IMG/VR virus record: IMGVR_UViG_3300034050_000199
Span: 1 to 53,395 of that record
Direction: 5' to 3' (one strand)
Source of the DNA: a virus
Taxonomy: Duplodnaviria > Caudoviricetes
Length of the DNA stretch: 53,395 nt
The notes under the pieces were generated by a model. The model worked only from the letters and a program-made list of their open reading frames with translations, had not been told where the DNA came from and did not search any database. The position numbers and the translations under genes were made by a program. Of the stretch, positions 8,078-15,654 are shown in pieces (position 1 is the stretch's first letter; the number at the start of each line of letters is the position of its first letter).

Positions 8078-8459
8078 TTTTAACCGGTTTTACTTCATAT
8101 AACTCAATTCGTATATGGTTATTATATAATTTAAGTTCACTTTTTTTCCAACGTTCAAGTTGGTATTCTTTAGGTTTGTCATTTTCGTAATCAACTAGTA
8201 CGTCGTACCAAACGTATTCAATATTATCGTCAATACCTAGTTGCTCATAATTAAAATCGTAATACAAATAGTTTTCAAAATACCATTTAATTGCTTCTTT
8301 TAAGTCTTCCGCATAAACGTGAGAGGACAAATTATAAGCAGAAACAAACTCTAATTCGCCTTCATTATAGTCATCAACGTATATTTCGTGATAACTTTTA
8401 ATCAAATACTCTTTCATATCATTACTTTTTTTAGTTAATTTAGCGGACAACATATTCAT
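8055..8459 (-). CDS. acidic, aromatic-rich hypothetical protein
   Basis: 134-aa ORF; start uncertain (may be the internal MKEYLI). Confidence 0.7.
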   Translation of the reverse strand: MNMLSAKLTKKSNDMKEYLIKSYHEIYVDDYNEGELEFVSAYNLSSHVYAEDLKEAIKWYFENYLYYDFNYEQLGIDDNIEYVWYDVLVDYENDKPKEYQLERWKKSELKLYNNHIRIELYEVKPVKIQSQHDY

Positions 8460-8728
8460 TATCTAAAGTCAATTCTCTCATTACTCAAATCAAACCATAT
8501 ATTAATCGCTTGATTTACACATTCAAGGTCATCATTACCCGATAAATATACTCGACTCGCATTGTAAACCGCTAATATAGCCGGGTCACCATTCCTACCC
8601 GTAAAGTCATACGGTTCATCACCTTGCATGAAATCAATACCCACAATTGTATTAGCCACCTTAATGATTAACACTCGTCTATCGTAATCATCACTCCAAT
8701 ACTCTATTCTACTTTCTACTACTCTCAT
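8459..8728 (-). CDS. hypothetical protein
   Basis: 89-aa ORF downstream of a promoter motif. Confidence 0.7.
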   Translation of the reverse strand: MRVVESRIEYWSDDYDRRVLIIKVANTIVGIDFMQGDEPYDFTGRNGDPAILAVYNASRVYLSGNDDLECVNQAINIWFDLSNERIDFR

Positions 8729-8740
8729 ATTATTATTTTT

Positions 8741-8784
8741 TAGTTACATTATTATTATCAACACCCAATCGTATTCGTCTTGTA
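8741..8784 (-). promoter_or_regulatory. early promoter-like motif copy
   Basis: Full consensus with exact spacing. Confidence 0.8.
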
Positions 8785-8848
8785 AAGGTTATACTTCATT
8801 TATAAGAAAAAATATAGTTAAGGTTATTATCACCTGTCTCTCAGCTAC

Positions 8849-9022
8849 TTACGGAATGAAAACCACTCGTTTTAACTTCCAATTAATCACTTTATGGTCT
8901 TCAAGTGCGTTTTTTACTAATAATTCGGTTAAATCCGGGTAATAACTTGTATCGAATATCACTTCGAATTTCTCACCACTCGGTGATTTAAGTTTTACAC
9001 ATAATTTGTTGTTTGTTTTCAT
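8849..9022 (-). CDS. 57-aa hypothetical protein (MKTNNKLCVKLKSPSGEKF...)
   Basis: Manual translation; (CAAA)n leader and promoter motif upstream. Confidence 0.65.
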   Translation of the reverse strand: MKTNNKLCVKLKSPSGEKFEVIFDTSYYPDLTELLVKNALEDHKVINWKLKRVVFIP

Positions 9023-9040
9023 TTTGTTTGTTTGTTTGTT

Positions 9041-9083
9041 TGTTACACATATATTATCAACTTGGTCTCGTGTTCGTTCTGTA
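9041..9083 (-). promoter_or_regulatory. early promoter-like motif copy
   Basis: Consensus with exact spacing, abutting TGCTATACAC. Confidence 0.8.
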
Positions 9084-9141
9084 TGCTATACACGATAGGT
9101 AAAGTATGAGGTTAAAAAGTACCTTGGCGACCCAATTTCCC

Positions 9142-9197
9142 AAAAGTGCGACATTAGGGTCTTAAGTAATATAATAAGAGGCTAACGTCACACTTTT
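9142..9197. repeat. inverted-repeat site copy 2 (AAAAGTGCGACATTAG-N24-CTAACGTCACACTTTT)
   Basis: 16-bp arms with 2 differences and an AT-rich spacer. Confidence 0.85.
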
Positions 9198-9256
9198 TAA
9201 ATACCGTGTAGGGCGGAGTCTACTCTTCCGACTCTATTTCAAAGCCAGGCCAAGGG

Positions 9257-9288
9257 TATTATCAAAAAAGAACCGTGTTCACTCTGTG
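9257..9288 (-). promoter_or_regulatory. early promoter-like motif copy with no ORF downstream
   Basis: Plus strand TATTATCA-N8-CCGTGT-N6-TGTG, same spacing; points into non-coding 9100-9255. Confidence 0.65.
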
Positions 9289-9310
9289 TGCTATACACCC
9301 TAATCGGGTG

Positions 9311-9535
9311 TTATTCTACTGGTGACAGGTATATTGTGTCATTTATTATCGTATCAATTTCAATGTGACCGTGTGCAGGTATTCCTTCTAGGTCGTCATT
9401 CCAAATAAACACTGCTCCGGTCTCTTCTGGGCTTGTTTTAGGCTCTTCTAAGTCATTTGTTATAGTTAATGCTACAATGCTTAATAATGCGCCACATAAT
9501 ACAAGTATTCCAATTACTTTATTTTCTTCTTTCAT
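9311..9535 (-). CDS. membrane-anchored hypothetical protein
   Basis: N-terminal hydrophobic helix, acidic remainder. Confidence 0.65.
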   Translation of the reverse strand: MKEENKVIGILVLCGALLSIVALTITNDLEEPKTSPEETGAVFIWNDDLEGIPAHGHIEIDTIINDTIYLSPVE

Positions 9536-9631
9536 CTTTTTTAGGTTTTAATTTGTTAGTAATAAATTGATCCAATGTTGTACTCGTTCTCGCAATGCGA
9601 GCAATGTACTTGTGTTTGTTGTTTGTTCTCA

Positions 9632-9671
9632 TATATTTTTATTATCAATTGTTCGTCGTATTCGTTCTGTG
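9632..9671 (-). promoter_or_regulatory. early promoter-like motif copy
   Basis: TATTATCA-N8-TCGTAT-N6-TGTG. Confidence 0.7.
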
Positions 9672-9683
9672 TATAGCACCGGC

Positions 9684-10049
9684 TTATTCAGCCGATACTA
9701 ATTGTTCTACAGTCGCTAGATGTCTGACATTACTTGGCATATCAGTTGATTGTGACCAATATTCACGTTTGATCCAACAAGGCATTATTGATAGTCTTGG
9801 CAACATTACATCTAGTACTTCGTCATGTTTGTAAGTTACTTTTTGATTTTTGTTGTTGACAAATGTTATCGTTTGATTACGACCATACCAAGATTTTCTT
9901 ACTACAAAGTTTGCTCGTTCGATTGGTGGATAGATTAAAGCTAACTCTTCAGGTGTTAGTTTAGAGATAGCCTCTTGTAATAATTCTTTATTACTTTTAG
10001 TTGTTAAAACTACTTCTTCTACTTTTACTTTTTTTACTTTAGTTGTCAT
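9684..10049 (-). CDS. hypothetical early protein
   Basis: 121-aa ORF downstream of a promoter motif. Confidence 0.8.
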   Translation of the reverse strand: MTTKVKKVKVEEVVLTTKSNKELLQEAISKLTPEELALIYPPIERANFVVRKSWYGRNQTITFVNNKNQKVTYKHDEVLDVMLPRLSIMPCWIKREYWSQSTDMPSNVRHLATVEQLVSAE

Positions 10050-10065
10050 ATATATTTTATTTAAT

Positions 10066-10109
10066 TAGTTACATTATTATTATCATTTAAACGTCGTATT
10101 CGTTCTGTA
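10066..10109 (-). promoter_or_regulatory. early promoter-like motif copy
   Basis: Full consensus. Confidence 0.8.
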
Positions 10110-10289
10110 TTAGGTTATTATTGTGAATCTTAAACAAAGTCTTTTAAATACCTTCTCAACATATTCTATGTCCTCCGAATCGATCAAGAGGTTAGACCCT
10201 ATAATTCTATATGGATGTTGTAATTTATTGGAGTTAGATAACTCACTATGTAATTGTACTCGGAAATTCTTATTAATCTTTAGTATCAT
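10110..10289 (-). CDS. 59-aa hypothetical protein (MILKINKNFRVQLH...)
   Basis: Manual translation; lies between two promoter motifs. Confidence 0.6.
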   Translation of the reverse strand: MILKINKNFRVQLHSELSNSNKLQHPYRIIGSNLLIDSEDIEYVEKVFKRLCLRFTIIT

Positions 10290-10304
10290 AATGTTATTTG
10301 TTAT

Positions 10305-10348
10305 TGGTTACACTTATATTATCAATTAGTCGTCGTATTCGTTTTGTA
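10305..10348 (-). promoter_or_regulatory. early promoter-like motif copy
   Basis: Consensus with exact spacing. Confidence 0.8.
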
Positions 10349-10374
10349 AGTCATACTCTCACATTTAATATTTT

Positions 10375-10417
10375 ACTTACACTTATATTATCAATGATCA
10401 CTCGTGTCCAGTCTGTA
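10375..10417 (-). promoter_or_regulatory. early promoter-like motif copy (most upstream of the arm)
   Basis: Consensus with exact spacing, abutting TGCTATACGC. Confidence 0.75.
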
Positions 10418-10427
10418 TGCTATACGC

Positions 10428-10545
10428 GTTGCTCGCTGCGCTCGCTCGCTATTGCTATTGCATTGCATCTCATCATCATCATATCATATCATCATCATAC
10501 AACGTACATACACTGACCACATCAGCACATCACACAGCACAGCTA
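10428..10545. repeat. low-complexity tract (GCTC, CATCAT/CATAT, CACA repeats) in the divergence region
   Basis: Direct reading; non-coding and C/A-skewed. Confidence 0.7.
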
Positions 10546-10767
10546 GTATATCTATAGTAATATCTCAATCATTCCCAGAAGTTCAAAGCAAAAGGCAAAA
10601 CTTTTTCATCAAAACTTATAAAAGACCGGGGGGTGGTGTAAATCAGATTCATTTTCCTTTTCAACTTTAAGTATTGAAATAGGTATATAACCCCTTACTT
10701 CTATATATCTAATAACATATTTAACTACCTTACTTATATATATCTGATAACATTTTTTATTCCGCAC

Positions 10768-10818
10768 AAAGTGTGACATTAGCTGGTATATTATATAGTA
10801 GTAGGCTATTGTCGCATT
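10768..10818. repeat. inverted-repeat site copy 3 (AAAGTGTGACATTAG-N23-CTATTGTCGCATT)
   Basis: Same arms as 1424 and 9142. Confidence 0.85.
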
Positions 10819-10846
10819 ATATTACGATGTATGTTTTGGTATTTAT

Positions 10847-10857
10847 ACGTAATGATA
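10847..10857 (+). promoter_or_regulatory. candidate late promoter element RCGTRATNNTA
   Basis: ACGTAATGATA before the first plus-strand gene; similar at 20372, 23698, 34361, 41913. Confidence 0.45.
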
Positions 10858-10880
10858 CAGGTATACTAAAATCTATTTAT

Positions 10881-11126
10881 ATGGCACAAAAATTAAGCGC
10901 TGAAGCGGCAAAGAAAAAAGCAGCTAGAGATCTTGCTTACGCAAAAAGCCCTGACAGAAGAGCGAAGAAAGCAGATGCACAGAGAAAGAGAAGAGCAGAT
11001 CCAAGCGGAGCTAAGGGTAAAGACTGGGATCACAAGAATCAGAGATGGGAATCACCTGCGCAAAATAGAGGCAACGATGGTTTAGGTACTAAATCGGAAA
11101 GTGGTAAAAAATATAAAACAAGATAG
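10881..11126 (+). CDS. basic protein with degenerate HNH-like motif (KDWDH...S.AQNR)
   Basis: ATG at 10881 with A/T-rich leader preferred over the GTG at 10773, which lies inside an inverted repeat. Confidence 0.65.
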   Translation: MAQKLSAEAAKKKAARDLAYAKSPDRRAKKADAQRKRRADPSGAKGKDWDHKNQRWESPAQNRGNDGLGTKSESGKKYKTR

Positions 11127-11127
11127 C

Positions 11128-11619
11128 ATGCCAACAAAAAAGAAAATTGAGCCTACGGCTAAGAAGTCAGGGGTTATGAGTAATAAATCTGGGCAAACGC
11201 CGCCTAAGAAAGAAATGATAAAAAGAAAAGACGGTAGTGTTTCTCAAAGAGGATTATGGGATAATGTTAGAGCTAATGTGGGTTCTGGTAAAAAACCTAC
11301 AGAAAGCATGTTAAAGGAAGGCGAGAAGATTAAGAAGGATAGCCCGTTAAAAAAGACGGCGGCTTGGACACGTAAGGAAGGTAAAGATCCTAAAGGAGGA
11401 TTGAATGCAAAAGGAGTTGCAAGTTATAGAAGAGAAAACCCGGGTAGTAAATTACAGACAGCTGTAACTAAAAAACCATCTGAGTTAAAACCGGGCAGCA
11501 AAGATGCAAAGCGTAGAAAATCGTTTTGTGCTAGAATGTCTGGTATGCCAGGAGCAATGAAAAAACCGAATGGTGAACCAACTAGAAAGAAACTTGCATT
11601 AGACAAGTGGAATTGTTAA
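11128..11619 (+). CDS. highly basic phage protein (DUF6321-like C-terminal domain)
   Basis: AWTRKEGK.P.GGLNAKG..SY...NPGS.L...RRKSFCARM.G; ATG right after the upstream stop. Confidence 0.7.
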   Translation: MPTKKKIEPTAKKSGVMSNKSGQTPPKKEMIKRKDGSVSQRGLWDNVRANVGSGKKPTESMLKEGEKIKKDSPLKKTAAWTRKEGKDPKGGLNAKGVASYRRENPGSKLQTAVTKKPSELKPGSKDAKRRKSFCARMSGMPGAMKKPNGEPTRKKLALDKWNC

Positions 11620-11637
11620 TTAATAAATAAAATATAC

Positions 11638-13344
11638 ATGGCAGGAATAGTAGCATATCCCGTAGTAGCTCCAGAGATAGATGATTTACTATTAGGTACA
11701 GAAATAAAAGAGGAAGGCTCAGCTCATTTAACCAAAAATTTTACGGTAGGTAGTATTGTTAATTTAGTAGCAAGTACCATACCAGCTGGAGCTGTCGGTC
11801 CTCAAGGACCTCAAGGTATTCAAGGAGTTCAAGGATCTATTGGATCACAGGGAATACAAGGAGTTCAGGGTAATACCGGTCCTCAAGGTGTACCTGGTCC
11901 TGTTGGGCCTGCTGGATTAGAATGGAAAGGATCTTGGGTATCGGGCGATTCTTATATTGAGGATGACGCAGTCGGATATGACGGAGCTTCCTATTTTTGT
12001 ATATTAGCTACTTCAGGAACAATAGCTCCCGATTTAGACACCACACACTGGGCTTTATTAGCTGCTGAAGGTTTACAAGGACCCGCTGGTGCTACCGGAG
12101 CAATCGGAGCGACTGGACCTACTGGACCACAAGGTGTACAAGGAATACAAGGTATTCAAGGTGTCGCTGGACCGTGGGGAAGTATTACAGGGGACATACT
12201 ATCTCAAATAGATCTACAAAACCAATTTGCAACTCATGTACCTACAGCAAGAACTATAACGATTAATGGTGTTACACAGGATTTATCATCTAATAGGACA
12301 TGGACAATACCAGGAGGTGGATTAGTTAATTCAGTATTTGGAAGAACTGGAAATGTTATTGCTACATTTGGCGATTACACAACAAGTCTTGTAGCAGAAG
12401 GTGCAAACCTTTATTTTACAAACAATAGAGCAAGAACCGCTATCTCCTTAACAACTACAGGAACAAGTGGAGCAGCAGCATATAATAATTTAACTGGTGT
12501 TTTAAATATACCGCAATATACATTAGCGCTAGCAGGATATGTTCCTTATACAGGCGCTGCCCAATCGGTTAATCTTGGAGCTTTTAATTTAACAGTTAAT
12601 AATGTTTCCGTAGGTAAAGGAGCTGGGACGGGTGTAAATAATACAGCAGTAGGAGAAGAAGCTCTGCAAACAAATACAATAGGTACGCAAAATACAGCAT
12701 TTGGTTATCGCGCTTTAAAATTTAATGCTGCCGCAAGTAACAACACAGCGATTGGTACGTTTACCCTAACTTCAAATACAACAGGGTCAGATAATACAGC
12801 TATTGGTAGAGCAGTTAATTCATCAAATACTACAGGGTTTGGTAATACAGCAGTTGGTGCTGCATCATTATTTTTAAATACTATCGGTAATTATAATGTG
12901 GCTATTGGCACACAAGCACTTGGTGGTGGTAGCGGTAGTAATAATGTTGGGGTTGGTAATAGCGCTGGTAGAGACAGTAGCACTACTAATAATGTAACAG
13001 TTAATAATTCTGTTTTTATAGGTCATGAAACAAAAGCACAAACAAGTAGTCAAACTAATCAAATTGTAATAGGTTATCAAGCTATTGGAGCAGGCTCAAA
13101 TACTGTTACTTTAGGTAATAGTTCAATATTAAAAACTTTTTTAAGAGGACAGGTATATATTGGAACTTCAACACCGGACAACAGTGCCGCATTTCAAATA
13201 GATAATGGTTCAAAAGGATTTTTACCGCCAAGAGTTACAGGTACGAGTTCTATTGTAGCTCCTATTGCGGGATTAATAATTTATGACTCATCAGTAAATA
13301 TATTAAAATGTTGGAATGGAACCGTTTGGGTTGACTTATTTTAA
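11638..13344 (+). CDS. fibre/spike protein with collagen-like Gly-X-Y repeats and NTAIG/NTAVG repeats
   Basis: GPQGPQGIQG tracts, trimeric-adhesin-like NTAxG repeats, C-terminal KGFLPPR...GLIIYD...W module. Confidence 0.85.
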   Translation: MAGIVAYPVVAPEIDDLLLGTEIKEEGSAHLTKNFTVGSIVNLVASTIPAGAVGPQGPQGIQGVQGSIGSQGIQGVQGNTGPQGVPGPVGPAGLEWKGSWVSGDSYIEDDAVGYDGASYFCILATSGTIAPDLDTTHWALLAAEGLQGPAGATGAIGATGPTGPQGVQGIQGIQGVAGPWGSITGDILSQIDLQNQFATHVPTARTITINGVTQDLSSNRTWTIPGGGLVNSVFGRTGNVIATFGDYTTSLVAEGANLYFTNNRARTAISLTTTGTSGAAAYNNLTGVLNIPQYTLALAGYVPYTGAAQSVNLGAFNLTVNNVSVGKGAGTGVNNTAVGEEALQTNTIGTQNTAFGYRALKFNAAASNNTAIGTFTLTSNTTGSDNTAIGRAVNSSNTTGFGNTAVGAASLFLNTIGNYNVAIGTQALGGGSGSNNVGVGNSAGRDSSTTNNVTVNNSVFIGHETKAQTSSQTNQIVIGYQAIGAGSNTVTLGNSSILKTFLRGQVYIGTSTPDNSAAFQIDNGSKGFLPPRVTGTSSIVAPIAGLIIYDSSVNILKCWNGTVWVDLF

Positions 13345-13424
13345 TCACAAACAAAAATATAAATTACAATAAACACGGGGTTACCAAAAAAACAATTAGA
13401 TAACTAAAATAAAAACAATAATAT

Positions 13425-13676
13425 ATGGCAGGAATAATTGCATACCCAGTAGCATCACCGGAAACAAGTGATCTATTGTTGGGTACAGATATAAAAGAAG
13501 ACGGTAACTTAACCAAGAACTTTACAATTGGTTCAATCTATTCACTAATGAAAGAAGTAGGATTTTCTGGGTTACAGGTTTATACAGATAATGCCGCAGC
13601 TTTAACAGCTGGTCTAGAAGAAAATAACGTGTATCGAAAAGCTGATGGTACATTAATGGTTGTATTTAATCCCTAA
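13425..13676 (+). CDS. short paralogue of the fibre N-terminal anchor domain
   Basis: MAGIIAYPVASP..DLLLGTDIKE.G.LTKNFTIGSI closely matches the 11638 N-terminus. Confidence 0.8.
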   Translation: MAGIIAYPVASPETSDLLLGTDIKEDGNLTKNFTIGSIYSLMKEVGFSGLQVYTDNAAALTAGLEENNVYRKADGTLMVVFNP

Positions 13677-13679
13677 CTT

Positions 13680-14426
13680 ATGGCAATAATCTATAGCTAC
13701 CAAACGAATACAGACATACTAGCTACAGATCTTATTATAGGTTCATCAACTAAGGTTGTAAACGGTAAAAAGAAAAATGTAACTAAGAATTTTCAGATAG
13801 CTAGCATTGCCGAATTCTATAATGAGATAAGTGCTATTGCTATTGCGGGTCAAAACAATTTCTTTTTCCAAAATCAAATTGCTCCAGGTAGAAAGCAAGG
13901 ATCAATTAGTTTTATAAATGGAAGTGGAACGGGTACGCCTTTCAGTAATATAACAATATTACGATTAAGCAAGTTTGCTACTTCTGGTAATTTAATAATA
14001 GACTATATAAACACATTAGTTAACCAGGCTATCATTATTGCACAATGTGATGATTTGAATAACTTTGGTATATATAAGTTTAATAACATATTACCCGTTT
14101 CGGGGCAGCCTAATTTTGTGGACATCGTAATAGAATCAGTAGGAGCGCATGGAAGTATTCTACAAGATAAGTTTTATGCTATCGCGGTTTATCCAGGATT
14201 TGTTAATCCAGATATAGATCCAGGTGGAAATGATAAGAACTTTGTATATACTCAAGCAGTTGCTGCGTCAATATGGAATGTGCAACATGACCTAGATAAA
14301 TTTCCATCAGTGTCTATTGTTAACGATGATAACACACAGGTTTTTGGATCAGTAGAATATGTAGATAATAATAATTTAATAATAACATTTACCGCACCGT
14401 TTTCAGGTAAGGCATATATGAACTAA
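13680..14426 (+). CDS. virion structural / fibre-associated protein
   Basis: Same N-terminal D.IIG...TKNF motif; C-terminal W.VQHDL.KFPSVSIV domain. Confidence 0.75.
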   Translation: MAIIYSYQTNTDILATDLIIGSSTKVVNGKKKNVTKNFQIASIAEFYNEISAIAIAGQNNFFFQNQIAPGRKQGSISFINGSGTGTPFSNITILRLSKFATSGNLIIDYINTLVNQAIIIAQCDDLNNFGIYKFNNILPVSGQPNFVDIVIESVGAHGSILQDKFYAIAVYPGFVNPDIDPGGNDKNFVYTQAVAASIWNVQHDLDKFPSVSIVNDDNTQVFGSVEYVDNNNLIITFTAPFSGKAYMN

Positions 14427-14428
14427 CT

Positions 14429-15637
14429 ATGGCAATACAATATTTAAGTAGTATAAATTTAACTACGAATCAATTACAATATGCGGTTATACAACCGGCA
14501 ACTACGGATCCTACATTATATGCACCTGTAGAAGGACAGATATACTATAATTCTGTATCTAATAAATTAAGACTTTATGATGGAGCCTTATGGAATGATG
14601 TTGGAGCAGGAGTAACTTCCTTTGCAGCAACAGATGGTACGTTTATAAATCTAACTCCTAATACTACACAAACAGGCGCAGCTACTTTAACGGCTGATCT
14701 TAGCGCAACTGGAACTCCAGATAGTACAGTGTATCTTCGAGGAGATAACACTTGGTCACCAGTTTCTGCAATACCAGGTACATACGTATGGTCAATACAA
14801 GGCGGAACAGGTGGACCTACAAATGTGGCATCCGGAACAAATATAACTTTTGCCGGGGGTACAAATGTAACAACAGCATTAGTTGGTAACACATTGACAA
14901 TAAACGCTACCAATGCTTCGATTACATTAACAGGTGATGTTACTGGAACAGGTACAACTTCTATAGCTACAACAATAGCCTCAGGAGCGGTAGAATTTTC
15001 TATGATGGATCCAGTTGCGGTAGTTACTGCAGCAGAAGGAATTGCAAGTAATGATAATGATGTAACATTACCAACATCTGCAGCCGTAAAAGCTTATGTA
15101 GATTCATCATTAGTAGGCTCTTTAATATTTCAAGGAGGATATAATGCAGCAACAAATACTCCAAACTTAGATGTTCCTCCAACAGGTACTATTAAGAAAG
15201 GATTTATGTGGACAGTAACCGCTGATGGTTTATTCTTTGGAACGGAACAACTTAGAATTGGAGATTCTGTAATTGCAAATATTGACACGCCTACAGTCTT
15301 AGCTGATTGGACAAGAGTTCAAAGTAACATTGATTTGGCTACATTAAGTACAGTAGGTATTGGTAACGTAAACGCCGGGACTGGGATTGCCGTTAGTTAT
15401 TCTAATGGGACTGCTACAGTAAGTACCCTAACAACTTCTTATGCTACAACAATATCTGTTACATCAACAATAACGCATAGTTTAAATACAAAGGATGTAA
15501 ATGTACAATTATACGATACAGTTACATTTGAAACAATTTTCGCAGACGTATCTAGACCAACTGTAAATACAGTTACAGTAACATTTGCAACTGCACCAAC
15601 CAATCCAATTAGAGTATTAGTTACAAAGGTTGGGTAA
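14429..15637 (+). CDS. tail fibre / structural protein
   Basis: Thr/Gly-rich; LTGDVTG, LPTSAAVKAYVD and ITHSLNTKDV.VQLYD modules. Confidence 0.8.
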   Translation: MAIQYLSSINLTTNQLQYAVIQPATTDPTLYAPVEGQIYYNSVSNKLRLYDGALWNDVGAGVTSFAATDGTFINLTPNTTQTGAATLTADLSATGTPDSTVYLRGDNTWSPVSAIPGTYVWSIQGGTGGPTNVASGTNITFAGGTNVTTALVGNTLTINATNASITLTGDVTGTGTTSIATTIASGAVEFSMMDPVAVVTAAEGIASNDNDVTLPTSAAVKAYVDSSLVGSLIFQGGYNAATNTPNLDVPPTGTIKKGFMWTVTADGLFFGTEQLRIGDSVIANIDTPTVLADWTRVQSNIDLATLSTVGIGNVNAGTGIAVSYSNGTATVSTLTTSYATTISVTSTITHSLNTKDVNVQLYDTVTFETIFADVSRPTVNTVTVTFATAPTNPIRVLVTKVG

Positions 15638-15654
15638 TTTAATACAAATTTAAT

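Noticed and set aside
8825-8856. Possible 13th early promoter copy (TATTATCA...TCAGC)
   Set aside because: Only the first block matches; the CGTR and TGTA blocks are absent
3797-10417. Repeated motif as a CRISPR array or attC cassette array
   Set aside because: Copies are degenerate, non-palindromic, irregularly spaced and separated by whole genes; no cas or integrase gene; position before start codons fits promoters
514-10670. Plus-strand ORFs in the left arm (514, 2516, 4564, 4782, 6171, 6808, 7099, 7861, 9595, 10123, 10298, 10404)
   Set aside because: Antisense shadows of minus-strand genes or translations of promoter and low-complexity DNA
10773-10880. ORF-track N-terminal extension from GTG 10773
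   Set aside because: Starts inside inverted-repeat copy 3 and spans a promoter-like element; ATG 10881 has a typical leader
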